Below, one piece after another: positions 49,066 to 61,836 of a stretch of DNA of 64,000 bases. The translations under genes were made by a program, and so were the position numbers. Numbering within the stretch: the first letter of the stretch is position 1; each line of letters starts with the position of its first letter. A model generated the notes under the pieces. That model ran no database searches and was not told the DNA's origin. It saw nothing but the letters and a program-made list of their open reading frames with translations. The stretch covers positions 67,518,001-67,582,000 of the forward strand of contig NW_027266264.1 of the NCBI RefSeq assembly GCF_022045235.1, given 5' to 3'. Source of the stretch: Haliotis cracherodii (lineage: Eukaryota).

Positions 49066-50599
49066 AGAGCTGTTCAAGTGAGATATGGAGTAGAAACTAT
49101 ACATATTCTACATAAAAATTTATTCCTATAGTGTCGATGAGGTAACACCAGGTTGACGTGGTCCCCAACGATGAAGCAGGAAGTTCTCTTTCTCTGCTGG
49201 CCTGTTGACTGTGAGACCAATAGCCTGTTGACTGTGTGGCGACTGGCTACTGAGACTTGTGCCGTCTTGATGAAATCGGACTACTTTGATAACCAAGTCT
49301 GACACGTTTAGGCTGTTGTTCTAGGTTACTTGTGTTTGGAGAACGTCTCTTGTCAGGAATTGATTGAATGATTTTGATATTTAAGTGCAAAAGTCTTGAA
49401 CGCGACGTTAAACCCCATTTCACCTCACCTAATCCATTGTTCCTGTGTACATGCAATGTCATCTGATCACAATCTGTATGTTTTACAGGTACACTTGCTG
49501 TGGCAGCTGCACCTGTCTCCGCGCTTGTCAGGGTGAGTCTGCACGCTCGGCCACTGCAGCAGCATACACGATGAAGATTACAGACCTCTAGGACGTTGCT
49601 ATGGTGCACAACACCATCATATATCAGTAGGCAAGTAATTATATCAACATAGTAATATAGCAAATTATCCATTGGGGCAAGGATATTGGTACAAACATTT
49701 ACATTAATTCTCACTGAGCCAGTCAGCATGGATAAGCAATTATGATGTTTTGTAATTCCATTATCCCATTGTTTTTATTATTTGTGAAGCTTCCCATAGC
49801 AATGCCACATCATATCAATGTATTGTTAGCATATAGTTAATGATGTCATCCATTGTTTATGACAAGTAGGTTCTCCAAAATTTTCTTCATCATTTTTCAC
49901 AGAAAATATTGAAAAACATGTATTCAGTTCTGCTCCAATAATCTGTTAAATGTTTTGGTGAAGATAATAAAGACATGACTATATACATGTACGTTTAACC
50001 GTCCCATCTCTGGATTAATATAAAACAAATGTATCTTTCTCTCCAACAGGCATTTCCTCCGAATATCAATGGACTAGTTTTGGACTCTGCTTCTTTCATC
50101 CATGATGGACTGGAGTGTGTCCAATAGCCATGCTGCTCCCAACTCTGTGTGATTGTCACACTGAAGACTACAACACGACAATCAGTATAATTATAGTCAG
50201 CACATTGTAGTTAACTGTATCACTTCATATCAATGTCGTCATTGTCCTTCGTAACTAAGTCTTCAATTCAAATCCCTCTTCCTTGATCGGTTGTAATGTT
50301 CTTGCAAAGTCAGCTCCATGTTCCATGTTCGCTACCTTAGCCATATATTGAAAATGATTTTGTAACTATGATTTTCAAACATTAGGGGAATTTATATGTA
50401 CATTCAGATATTTCTCATGTATTTATGATCATTGTTGCCTCCCCAATAATTGTACACAACTTGTTGTAATCTTTAATGATACCCCTGAATAGCTTATGTT
50501 CGGTGCTTTATTTTGATACTTTCATCATCAGTATAAATATGGTAGTTTCTGATTCGTGTTTTCCCAAGGTTTTGAAACACGATTTGGTTAAGTTTTTTG

Positions 50600-50863
50600 T
50601 TTTGGTTTGTTGTTTAACACCACACTCAGCAATATTCCAGCTATATGACGGCGGTCTGTAAAATAATCGAGTCTGGACCAGACAATCCATTTTTTGACAT
50701 CATGAGCATCGATCCACGCAATTGGGATCGATGACATGTATCAACCAAGTCAGCGAGTCTGACCTCTCGATCCCGTTAGTCGCCTTTTATGACAAGCATA
50801 GTCGCTATTTACGGCAAGTATGGGTTGCTGAAGACCTATTCTACCTCGGAATCTTCACGGGTC
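50600..50863 (-). mobile_element. Family-A SINE
   Basis: Reverse complement of 53027-53296. Confidence 0.8.
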
Positions 50864-51831
50864 CATTGGTTAAGTGCCTCAGACTATTGTATTCCCCGCG
50901 GCCGGCAGTCCAGGAGAGACTGACCTCTACATGAGTGTGTTAAATGGGACTCCAATCACCATCACCACATAGCAACCCAACTCTGCTTTGGAAAATGCAT
51001 CTCCCATGTTGTGTTACGGTATACTCCAAGACCGAGGTGCCTGTGGGATAGCCATGACGTTAAAGCATTCGCTTGTCACGCCAAAGACGCTGGTTCGATT
51101 CCCGACATGGGTACAATGTGTGAAGCCCATTTCTGGTGTCCCCCACCATGATATTGCTGAAAATTGCTTAAAAGAGGCGTAAAATACAACTCACTTACTA
51201 CTTCTCAACTATTTTTATAAAGCGTACATAGATCAAGTGTTAATGTTTTGGAATTTTAGTATAATTTGGGAATTCAAAGCCACAATGATAAAAGTTTAGT
51301 GTTTCTAGCTGTGAGGGTACGCATAGATTTCTGCCATGTTTCAAATTCAGTCTGCATTTGTCATATTAAATTTGAAAATCTATTTCGGCCTGTCACGAGA
51401 ATGGATATATACAGATGTGGTTGAGCCATGCTGCTCTGGATGTATTCATTTGATACTTCTAAAACAAGCCTAGCATTCTTCAAAGTAGGAGTATAGACAG
51501 TCACGGAGTTTAAATCGTTCGACATATCTGGGTCACATTTTGCCTCTGTCATTGCAAATTCCAGTGACAGTAATGACAATACCAATGTATTTCATATCGA
51601 TAGCCATACATTCACACATGCACTAAGTATTCAATAAGTATAACAGTTTTTACCTTGAGGTAACCCCAATTGTGTGGATCGATGCTCATGATATCAATCA
51701 CTGGATTGTCTGGTCTAGACTCGATTATTTACAGACCGCCATCATTTAGCTGGAATATTGGTGAGTGCGGCGTTAAACAACAAACAAACAAACCAACCTG
51801 GGTTTGCTAGGTTGGGTTCCATTCCTCATGT

Positions 51832-52135
51832 CCCTGCCTCTGTGGTTTAGTGGACAGAGTGTCTCACTCCGCAGAGCGGATGGTCGGGGTTCAATCCCTG
51901 GTTGCGACACACCAAAAGACCAAAAAGGGGCTAAAACAAGGACTGGTTGGCTCGGAGTAGGTATACTGTGTCTGAGTGAGATTTTCATGTTAAACTGCGG
52001 TATGGTATCTCAAGTGGGTTAGCACTATAAAATCGGCATTAGTCCAGGTGAGTACAAGTTCACAAACATGTACATGCACGTCGCTGTATAAGTGCAATAA
52101 TCTTGAACGACATTAAACCCCATTCCACCTCACCT
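51832..52135 (+). mobile_element. Family-B SINE (internally deleted)
   Basis: Matches 52288-52640. Confidence 0.75.
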
Positions 52136-52287
52136 TCTCACATGTCACAATGTCTGACCTGATATACTTGAATAGTGCTGAAAGCAGTCAAAATACACAA
52201 GCTCATGATAAATATTTTAATAGTTCTTGTCATGTGTCATATATGGCCTTTATTGTCTGAGTGATTGTATACTATCATTTGTCACCG

Positions 52288-52640
52288 AGACCGCCTCTGT
52301 AGTCTAGTGGTAGAGCGTTCGCCCAGAGAGAGGAAGGTCCGGGGTTCGAACCCCAGCTGTGTCATACCAAAAGACATTAAAAGATGGCATTTGTTGTTAC
52401 CCTGTCTGGCGCTCGGCATTAAGGGGCTAAAACAAGGACTGGTCGGCTCGGAGTCGGTATACTGTGTCTGAGTGGGATATTCATGTTAAACTGCTGCATG
52501 GTATCTCAGTGAGCTAGCACTATAAATCGGCATCAGTCCGAACTAGTACAAGCAGCCACACAAACACACACACGTACATGCAGTCGCTATGTAAGTGCAA
52601 TAATCTTGGTCGCGACGTTAAACACCATTTCACCTCACCA
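52288..52640 (+). mobile_element. Family-B SINE, full length
   Basis: A box TAGTCTAGTGG, B box GGTTCGAACCC, CA microsatellite, CACCT tail. Confidence 0.85.
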
Positions 52641-52777
52641 TTAAATCTACCCTTGTCAAGGTCTAGTGACTGCACCGCTCCCCGGCTATATTTCAGACAC
52701 CGCTCAGAAATGTTCAGTGCATTCTGTGTTAGAGAATTAGTGACCCAACTATTTCATTCTCTTGTAATCTAATGGCA

Positions 52778-53658
52778 CAGGGTAGAATAGGTCTTCAGCA
52801 ACCTATGTTTGCCGTAAAAGGTGACTATGCTTGTCGTAAGAGCGGCTAACTGGATCGGTTGTTCAGGCTTGCTGTGTGGATCGATGATCATGATGTCAAT
52901 CGGTGGATTGTCTGGTCCAGACTCGATTATTTACAGACCATCGTCATTTTGCTGGAATATTGCTGAGTGCAACAAACAAACAAACTAATGGCACACTCAT
53001 ACCATGTATTGACTTGATGTTTGTGTGACCCGTGAAGATCAGGGGTAGAATAGGTCTTCAGCAACCCATGCTTGCTGTAAAAGGCGACTGTGCTTGTCAC
53101 AAGAGGCGACTAGCGGGATCGAGTGGTCAGGCTCGCTGACTTGGTTGAGGCATGTCATCGATCCCAGTTGCGTGGATCGATGCCTATGATATCAATCACT
53201 GGATTGTCTGGTCCAAACTCGATTATTTACAGACCTCCGTCATATAGCTGTAACATTGCTGAGTGTGGCGTAAAACAACAAACCAACCAACCAACTTGAT
53301 GTTTGTTATCTCCTATATGTTTGTTACCTTATTCATATTTTGCAAATGTTTTTGTAACTATGATTTTTTAAACATTAGGGGAATTTATATGTACACTCCC
53401 TGTGAATATCTGGGGCAGAATAGGTCTTCAGAAACCCATAATTGCTGTAAAAGGCGACTATGCTTGTTGTAAGAGGCGACTAACGGGACCGGGTGGTCAG
53501 GCTCGCTGACTTGGTTGATGCCTGTCATCGATCCCTATTGTGTGTATCGATGTTCATGATATCAATCACTGGATTGTCTGGTCCAGACTCGATAATTTAC
53601 ATACCACCGTCATATAGCTGGAATATTGCTGAGTGCGGCGTATAACAACAAACAAACT
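52778..53658 (+). mobile_element. Three clustered family-A (Meta-like) SINEs (52778-52986, 53027-53296, 53398-53658)
   Basis: GGGTAGAATAGGTCTTCAGCAACCCATG..GTAAGAGGCGACTAA..AAAC tail repeated. Confidence 0.85.
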
Positions 53659-54519
53659 ACACGTATATGTACATTCAGATATTTCTCATGTATTTATGAT
53701 CGTTTTTGCCTCCCCATTAATTGTACTTAGCTTCTTGTAATCTTTGATGATACTGTTGGACAGCTTATGTTCAGTGTTTTATTTTTATGATTTCATCATC
53801 AGTATGGATATAGTAGTTTGTTATTTGTGTTTTCCCCATGTTTAGACACACACGTTGGTTAAGCGACTCAGACTATTGTATTCCCCAGCAGTCCATGAGA
53901 GACTGACCTCTCTGAGGTCTGCGCCCTGTATCTATAAACTTTTTCAAGATCTTGTATGTTTATCCCCCAGGATTCATTAGGCCGTTTTAAGGGTCGGTTT
54001 GCTACGGAATCTCGTACGAGGACTGACTCGGTTGTATTGAGCTAAACTTAGTACATGTAACTACGGTTTCCAATACTCAAGTTTTTCTAGTAATCCGTGG
54101 ATAACCAACCTTCCCGAGATTGTCTAGCTTTTGGGGAATTTTAATATTTCCTTGCTCGGTCAAAGTGACTGAATCTTTAGTCTGTTAGACTAGTTTGATA
54201 TTATGACATTCTCGTCTATTTTATTGTCCAAGGGACTTATTTTAGGGATAGGCCCTCTGTGTTCATTTCCCTATATTTAACCTGGCAGAGGTTATTCACT
54301 CATCAGAGTGTTGAGTTAATTAACTCAGGTGTTAACTGGTTGCAGCTGACTTGAATGGCTCTCTATGCATCTAGTCGGTATCTTGTTAGAACAGAACAGC
54401 ACTTTGTTTCCCTCGGCATATGAGGTACAAACAGTATTTTACAATGCGGTGGACAGAGGTAAGCCGAAACCTTTTACAATTTTTACTTTATGTTAACACA
54501 TTTACATTGTTTCTTTTGG

Positions 54520-54860
54520 ACAGATATCTTATGGCAGTTAAATAATTGTTGGAGTTATAAGATTATTGGTCTTTTCGAATAGTGTTTTGGGATGTACTTG
54601 TCCCTTTGTTCATTGGAATATTTACATTTGAAGATATTCTGGAATTCATCTCCAATGTCAACACAATCACACAACTTGCTTAAATGTTGATTCAACGGAG
54701 TGTTTTTCCATCTTCCGGTTTCTATTGGCAGACAAGATGTCCTACAGAATAGCAATTTGAATGATATATTTGGGGAGGGATGTTTATTAAATATGTTTCA
54801 AGTTTATAGGTGATTTTAAAAATATGATATGAGGAGCATTTGTAATATCCACTTTCCCAG
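54520..54860 (-). mobile_element. 3' fragment of a LINE related to the 2851-7520 element
   Basis: LPIETGRW...CD..DIGDEF..IF.C motif. Confidence 0.75.
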
Positions 54861-55562
54861 ATGGCCAGTATGTATCGGAGAGAATTTTAGAGGCATACGA
54901 TGATTTCAACCAGGAGGATGATATGAATGGTTGTCTTTTATCAAAACTATTTTTGATGAATCCTGTATTTCCTAAGTGTTGTTTTAGCTGCTCTCATTTT
55001 ATTACTGTAATACAGTTGCTTAGCTCAGCCGGTTGTGCATTTGCTCTGATTTAATTAATCAGATCTTTGTCAGCGCAGATTTGGCTCATTTGATCATTTT
55101 TATTGTCTTATGGTAGAATTAGTTGTTAGTGTATGTACCTGTGAACCTATTACCGTATTTTCATTATTACTTTTTCTTGTTTAATGACACCCCTTATCAA
55201 CGGAGCACTTGAGAATAAATAGTTGTTAAAACGATTACTTGGTGCTTTCCCTCATAACGTTTGTAAATTTGTTTTGAATAAAGTTTTATAATAATTAGCT
55301 TTATCATGTTGTCAACTTGTCACCTGGCTTGTAGGAACCACGTCTGTGCTGACTGGTTTCACCAGTGATGAACCTGTACCTGCATCACTTTCCTTTCCTC
55401 CCACATGAAGCTGATACCCCGTGATATAACTGAAATGTTCAAAACGGCGTCAACTTCCTCAGTGGGGTCCTTGACTGCAATGGAGAGTGGTTTTCACTTT
55501 TAAAAACAAATGTAAAGCTCAATACGCCAAATTCCTTTCCTTCATACGGCAAAATAGTATTG

Positions 55563-56192
55563 TTACTTATGCCACATACGGTGATGTAAAATTGTACCTC
55601 ACTCACTATGCCACGTACGGCGATGTAAAATTATAACTCACTCACTATGCCACGTATGGCGATGTAAAAATATAACTCGCTCACTATGCCACATACGGTG
55701 ATGTAAAATTATAACTTACTCACTGTGCCAGGTACGGCGATGCAAAACTATAACTCACTATGCCACGTACGGTGATGTAAAAATATAACTCACTATGCCA
55801 CGTACGGTGATGTAAAAATATAACTCACTCACTATGCCACGTACGGTGATGTAAAATTAGAACTCACTCACTATGCCACATACGGTGATGTAAAATTAGA
55901 ACTCTCACTATGCCACGTACGGTGATGTAAAATTATAACTCACACACCATGCCACGTACGGTGATGTAAATTGTAACTCACTCACTATGCATGTATGGTG
56001 ATGTAAAAATATAATTTTACATCACCATACGTGGCATAGTGAGTGAGTTCTAATTTTACATCACCATACGTGGCATGGTGAGTGAGTTATAATTTTACAT
56101 CACCGTACGTGGCATAGTGAGTGAGTTATATTTTTACTATGCCACGTAAGGCGATGTAAAATTATACCTTACTCACTCACTATGCCACGTAC
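55563..56192. repeat. ~35-40-bp minisatellite (CTCACTCACTATGCCACGTACGGTGATGTAAAATTATAA) with an internal inverted block
   Basis: About 16 units; 56013-56137 reverse oriented. Confidence 0.95.
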
Positions 56193-56669
56193 GTATCCCA
56201 AGTATAGTTGAGGAAGTGATGGCGTAGCGAGGTCAGACTGACCATATGGGATTGAACATAAGACATAATAAGTCTTATTGTATGTAGAGCCTTTATCACA
56301 CAGACACTGGTAGGAATCGACCAAGCGTGTGACCAGGGGATCTCAGGACCATACAGTGTTATCGCACTATTTATTATGAAGTCCTCTTAACTTAACATAT
56401 GTTGCCAACAAGGTAAAATATATCTTATAACTGTATCTCTGTTGATACAGGTTGTGCTCGGGGAAGATAAAACCTGTTCAAGTGCCAAGTTGGACATAAG
56501 CTGGAAAGTTTAACACAAAAGTACATGTAAGAATATTGTATATATATATGTCTATGTTAGCTTATGGTCTGCAATATTATGATGGGTTTGAGTTACTCAT
56601 CTAGTGGAGACATGTATAGCATAAAATGGTCAACTTAATAAACAGTACTAAGGTGGTAAGAGTGAGAGA

Positions 56670-56830
56670 GTGAGCATGTGAATTAGTTTGGTTTGACGCC
56701 GCTTTTAACAGTATTCCAGTTATATCATGGCCTGTCAGTTTAATGTGGGAGAAAAACACGAATTGATGCAGGTATTAGATGTTTACAACTGCACAGCTTA
56801 TTGGGGCGCCTTGATAACAGGCCCTGCCAT
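56670..56830 (-). mobile_element. Family-D SINE remnant
   Basis: Reverse complement of CTCCCACATTAA.CTGAC..GATATAACTGGAATACTGTTAAAAGCGGCGTCAAAC. Confidence 0.6.
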
Positions 56831-58205
56831 GCTCCCTGAGGGGGCATGAAGACACACACTTAGCCACAGTTCTGGACAAAACTTAAACAGATTTCTGGTC
56901 AGTATTGTCAGATGATTTGGTCCCTGACAACCAGGGCAAATACTACAAACCTTCATATTGCTCCTCACAAGCTTTACTAAGGTATAGATTTGAAATTGTG
57001 AGGTTAATTTGCATACTGTTAATCTTGTAGCTTTCTTCAAGAACCTTTTCTGGCTTATCGGGTAGAAGAAGTCCTTATCACCCATGACTTTCAGGATGAA
57101 ATGACTTTAAAGAGTGCACGTTTTGCCTGACTGTCTGTGTATCATTGTACCCAGTCTTATCCCATGTATCTTTTCTTACACTTCAGAGTGGTCACAGATT
57201 ACCATGTGTGGACGTGAAGGAATCTATTGCATACATTCTGATGGATATGCTGAACACAATATCTATGAAGAAGTCATATATGGATGTCCGGGAATAGGTG
57301 TTCACATTGCTGTGGATTCTGAAGAATAACAAGGATCTATGTGGAACTTTGTTTCATAGTGTTATACAGCGCCAGGACATTTGTGTCAACTTGGCTATTT
57401 ATAGGTATAGAATTTTGTCTTCATGATGAGACATTTCCTGGTAGTTGATTATGTTATGGAAGTTTAATGATAACCTACTTGTCACACTTAGTATATTGTG
57501 TATAAGAAAGTGAGCCCTTGTGACCAGGCATTTATGCCTTTCACATACAATTGCAGGAGTAGTCTTTGCAAAACTTTTCAAAGAGATCAAACAGTGTGCA
57601 GGGCACAAGTTTTCCACATGTTCTCCCCAAACAAATTTAGTATATGAAATACAAATGTCATCATTTGTTTACTAAATTTTGCATTTTATTTCTTAAGCTG
57701 AAATCCTGTCTTAAGGGAGATGTCATTTAAACCGATTACTTACTTTGATATCTTTGCACTATTGTTGTGGTTGTAACTTTTGTCTACCTCCTCAAAGGAG
57801 GACTGTGTTTGCACCATCTCTGTCCATATATTTGTAATTTGACGCATATGAATCAATGATGTCATTCCAATTTGCTCTGCCTTCTCAACCATATTGTCCT
57901 ATTTGGCACATGGCATATGTGTGTTGAGATGGTATATATTTGTACATGTGGATATTTTATGATATTATGACCATTGAGTGTATATAGCAATGCCTCATTG
58001 TCTTACATTTCCTCTATAACATTAGCCACATGAATTTTGTGTTTGTGTTCACAGTAAGTGAATCATTATCACTGCACAGACTTGCACACCAAATCTGTGG
58101 GTGCTGTTACTTTGTCTCACAACTCTGTAACTCCTTTGTGTAATTAATCATGCAGTGAGAATGTCTTGTGCGTCTTGTGGTAGATTCTACAAAGCCTTGT
58201 TTCCC

Positions 58206-58900
58206 TTTTTATCCCCCTGGCGTATAATGCCTTGTCTGTCTGTCTGCATGTCTGTCCGTCTGTAATCATTTTGTTTCCGGAGCCTTACTCGAAAACCGTT
58301 CAATATTTTTTTTAACAGATCCTGAAGTTGTGCCTTTTGCTATATATTTGCAGACTTTTGTCTTTTTCTTTCTCGATTTCCATGGAAACACTTTCTACTT
58401 AGTCTCAAATAGATGTGGTAAGTATCGTTTCCACAGCACAACTGAAATCTGTGAAACTTTTCATCCAAACCTGGTACATATATAAGCCAAGGACTGAAAT
58501 GGTGCCTAAATTCTCTATTCAAAATTTGATTTTTCCCTGTTTCATTGAAACAAGTTAAGACTTAATGGAGGTCGGTGTCGTTTCTGGAATAGTACAAAAA
58601 ACAATTTAACTTTTTTCATCCAAACTTGGTACATGTACCGGTATTAGTCAAGGGATGAAGCCTTTTGCTATTTAGAATTTGTTTTCATGTTTCCATGGCA
58701 AAAAGTTTGACTTTGACTCTGTTCATAGTGGTGTGTTTGTCCGGACCATATCCTTAAAACTAGAAGTACTCTGTGTTTGCATAGTTTCAAGAAAAAGATC
58801 AGGTTGTCAACTGGTGGCTTTTGCTATTTAGGGATGTTTTGAATTTATTTATTTTTTCTGTTTCCATCTCAAAAGGAATGGATGCATAGTCAGAAAGAAA
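58206..58900 (+). mobile_element. Helentron-associated (HINE/pearl-like) non-autonomous element
   Basis: TTTTTATCCCC start, TGTC/TCCG microsatellite, ~150-bp diverged core repeats (TTTTCATCCAAAC.TGGTACAT at ~58458 and ~58612). Confidence 0.55.
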
Positions 58901-59904
58901 TGCGAACATTTGTGACTTATAGTGTAACCATAGAGTTCTAGATAATTTTTGTCATTTAACAATATATCACGTGACTAACCACAAGTCCCGGTAGTCCAGT
59001 GGGTACACGGGTCCTACTCGGTACCCACTCACTGACATTTTTTCAAAGTTTATTTTCTCTACACCTTCTTTTCTAAACAATTATGTTTACTGTCAGTCTC
59101 ATTTAGCTAACAGACATGGAAGTTAATACACTTGGTCCATGTGGTCTTGGTTGTATGATAGTAACAATTGTTCACAGAGGCATTTTGTCTTTTAGTTTAT
59201 GTTTGTTTACTTTCCAGAATCATTATTAATGAGTATTCTGTAGATTATTCATGTTATGTTCTCATTCAATGTTTGGTAGCCAAGGGCTAGTTAGCCAAGT
59301 TAGTTGACATTACATTGGGATTATGTAAGATTCTTTTACTGACTCATTGTTTTTCTACAGGCATAAATGGATTGTGTTAACCAAACTTCTGGCACTAATA
59401 CTGAATATTGTTGTATGTTACCTGGTTCAGAATAGGTTCCCAGGAACCAATGCATGATGTGAGAGATGATTGAATTGATCCGGTGGTCGGACTCAGTAGC
59501 TTGTACCTTGATCTGTATTATTTACTGCATGTATGACAATTTCTTATACAAAATTGATAAAAGGTGTCTTTGTGTTTAAGGAATAAAATGTCCTAACTGA
59601 AAATAATTTCTTTTGTCATTTTAAACTCAAATATCAGCATAGTTTCTCTGAGTTGTATGGTGCCATTTTCTGCTCTATAACTTATCTGAATACAACATAC
59701 ACCTTGAGTCAATGGATGTCTATAATGATCATGATCATGATCATGACAATGATCATGTATATTTATGGGCAGTTACCTAAACACTGCATGAATGTCCACT
59801 TGATCATCTTTGGTCTACAAAACTCCAAGTGAGTGTTAAGTTTTTATCATCAATAATTTCATAAAAGTATTTAGTTCCTCCATACGAACAAGAGCAGAGC
59901 ATGT

Positions 59905-60129
59905 TTTTCTTTTGCCGTAAAAGACTATGCTTGTTGTAAGAGGCGACTAACAGGATCGGGTGGGTGGTCAGGCTCGCTCACGTCGTTAATATGTCATCGA
60001 ATCCCATTTGCATGGGATTGATGCTCATCATGACAATCACTGGATTGTCTGGTCCAGACTCGATTATTTATAGACCACCACCATAAAGCTCAAATATTGG
60101 TGAGTGCTGCGTTAAACAAAAAACAAACA
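59905..60129 (+). mobile_element. Family-A SINE
   Basis: Same body and tail as 53027-53296. Confidence 0.75.
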
Positions 60130-60134
60130 GTTCG

Positions 60135-60960
60135 AACTTTCCAAGTGATAGCCAAGAGTTGTATTTTTTGTGCGGGGTAGTCTTGTTTTAATTCCCACGA
60201 CTTGCATAATTGATTACTCGCTTCTCTCCATCTCGAGTTTGGTCAAAACTGCCCCTAAACCCTTCTGGATAGCATCTACATGCAAATCAAAAGGAAGAGA
60301 AAATTCACAGAAACCGGTGGTGAAAGTAATCTGGCACTCAACTCACATGATAATTGTTCCTGCTCTGGTTCTCATTCCCATATTCTCTCCGTAATTTTAC
60401 GTTTCCATTTTCCTTTTCGTGGGGAATGAGGTAGAGTTTTACCCCAGGTGCTGGCGATTTGCAAAATTGGCAACAAAACGTAGATAGTAACCAGCACAGC
60501 CTAGAGAAGTTGGTCTGGGCCGTGAAGATATCATCTCTAACTATTCTGGATCTGGTCCTGGCCTGTTGTCTGAAACTACATGTCCAACATAGCAGACTTT
60601 CCTTTTGATGAAATAATGTGTTTCAAACAATCCAAGTGCTCTGGAAGAGTTTTCGAATTAACAACGATGTAATCAATGTATACCCGACCACATTAAGCGA
60701 CAAATCTAAACATTCTTCCCCCAACCTTTGATACACTGACGGCTGTTGCGGATGCACTTATGTTTGGGAAGTGAGCTGGGATTTTAGCGAAAATAAGACA
60801 TTGCTTTTTCAAGAACTTTTAGGTACAGACTTCAGACTGTCTGATAAAAAAATGGCCTGCCACCAAATTGTTGTAAGGTGGTTCTTAAATAAAATCAGGC
60901 TCATAGTTCGAAATATAAAAATAGTCTTGTTTTGTAGCTGAAAAGATCCCACCCCCAGTC
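60135..60960 (-). mobile_element. Degraded Gypsy pol fragment (RT-RNase H)
   Basis: Minus translation gives YIDYIVVNSKTLPEHL, FSLPFDLHVDAIQKGLGAVL, KRVINYASR, YPAQKIQLLAITW. Confidence 0.75.
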
Positions 60961-60984
60961 TCACCAATGAAATATCTCAGGAGA

Positions 60985-61836
60985 TGTAGGGGCAAGGGCG
61001 GGGGAGATGTATAATACTAACTGTAGGGGCTAATAGGGGCAAGGGTGGGGGAGATGTATAATACTAACTGTAGGGGCTAATAGGGGCAAGGGTGGGGGAG
61101 ATGTATAATACTAACTGTAGGGGCTAATAAGGGCAAGGGCGGGGGAGATGTATAATACTAACTGTAGGGGCTAATAGGGGCAAGGGTGGGGGAGATGTTT
61201 AATACTAACTGTAGGGGCAAGGGTGGAGGAGATGTATAATACTAACTGTAGGGGCAAGGGTGGGGGAGATGTATAATACTAACTGTAGGGGCAAGGGTGG
61301 AGGAGATGTTTAATACTAACTGTAGGGGCAAGGGTTGAGGAGATGTTTAATACTAACTGTAGGGGCAAGGGTGGGGGAGATGTTTAATACTAACTGTAGG
61401 GGCAAGGGTGGAGGAGATGTATAATACTAACTGTAGGGGCTAATAAGGGCAAGGGTGGAGGAGATGTGTAATACTAACTGTAGGGGCTAATAGGGGCAAG
61501 ATGGGGAGATGTATAATACAAACTGTAGGGGCTAATAGGCGCAAGGGTGGGGGAGATGTATAATACTAACTGTAGGGGCAAGGGTGGAGGAGATGTTTAA
61601 TACTAACTGTAGGGGCAAGGGTTGAGGAGATGTTTAATACTAACTGTAGGGGCAAGGGTTGAGGAGATGTTTAATACTAACTGTAGGGGCAAGGGTGGGG
61701 GAGATGTATAATACTAACTGTAGGCGCTAATAGGGGCAAGGGCGGGAAGATATATAATACTAACTGTAGGGGTTAAAAGGGGCAAGGGTGGAGGAGATGT
61801 ATAATACTAACTGTAGGAGCAAGGGTGGAGGAGATG
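60985..61836. repeat. G-rich minisatellite with 37- and 47-bp unit variants
   Basis: TGTAGGGGC(TAATAGGGGC)AAGGGTGGGGGAGATGTATAATACTAAC, about 20 units. Confidence 0.95.

Noticed and set aside
52288-52365. tRNA genes at SINE heads (also 7745, 14239, 37858, 46421, 48105)
   Set aside because: A/B boxes continue into SINE bodies and tails; no complete cloverleaf or terminator
55563-56192. CRISPR-like array
   Set aside because: No unique spacers; plain tandem repeat in eukaryotic DNA
56900-57500. Possible degraded LINE RT (IRMYA..-like)
   Set aside because: Too degenerate to support by eye
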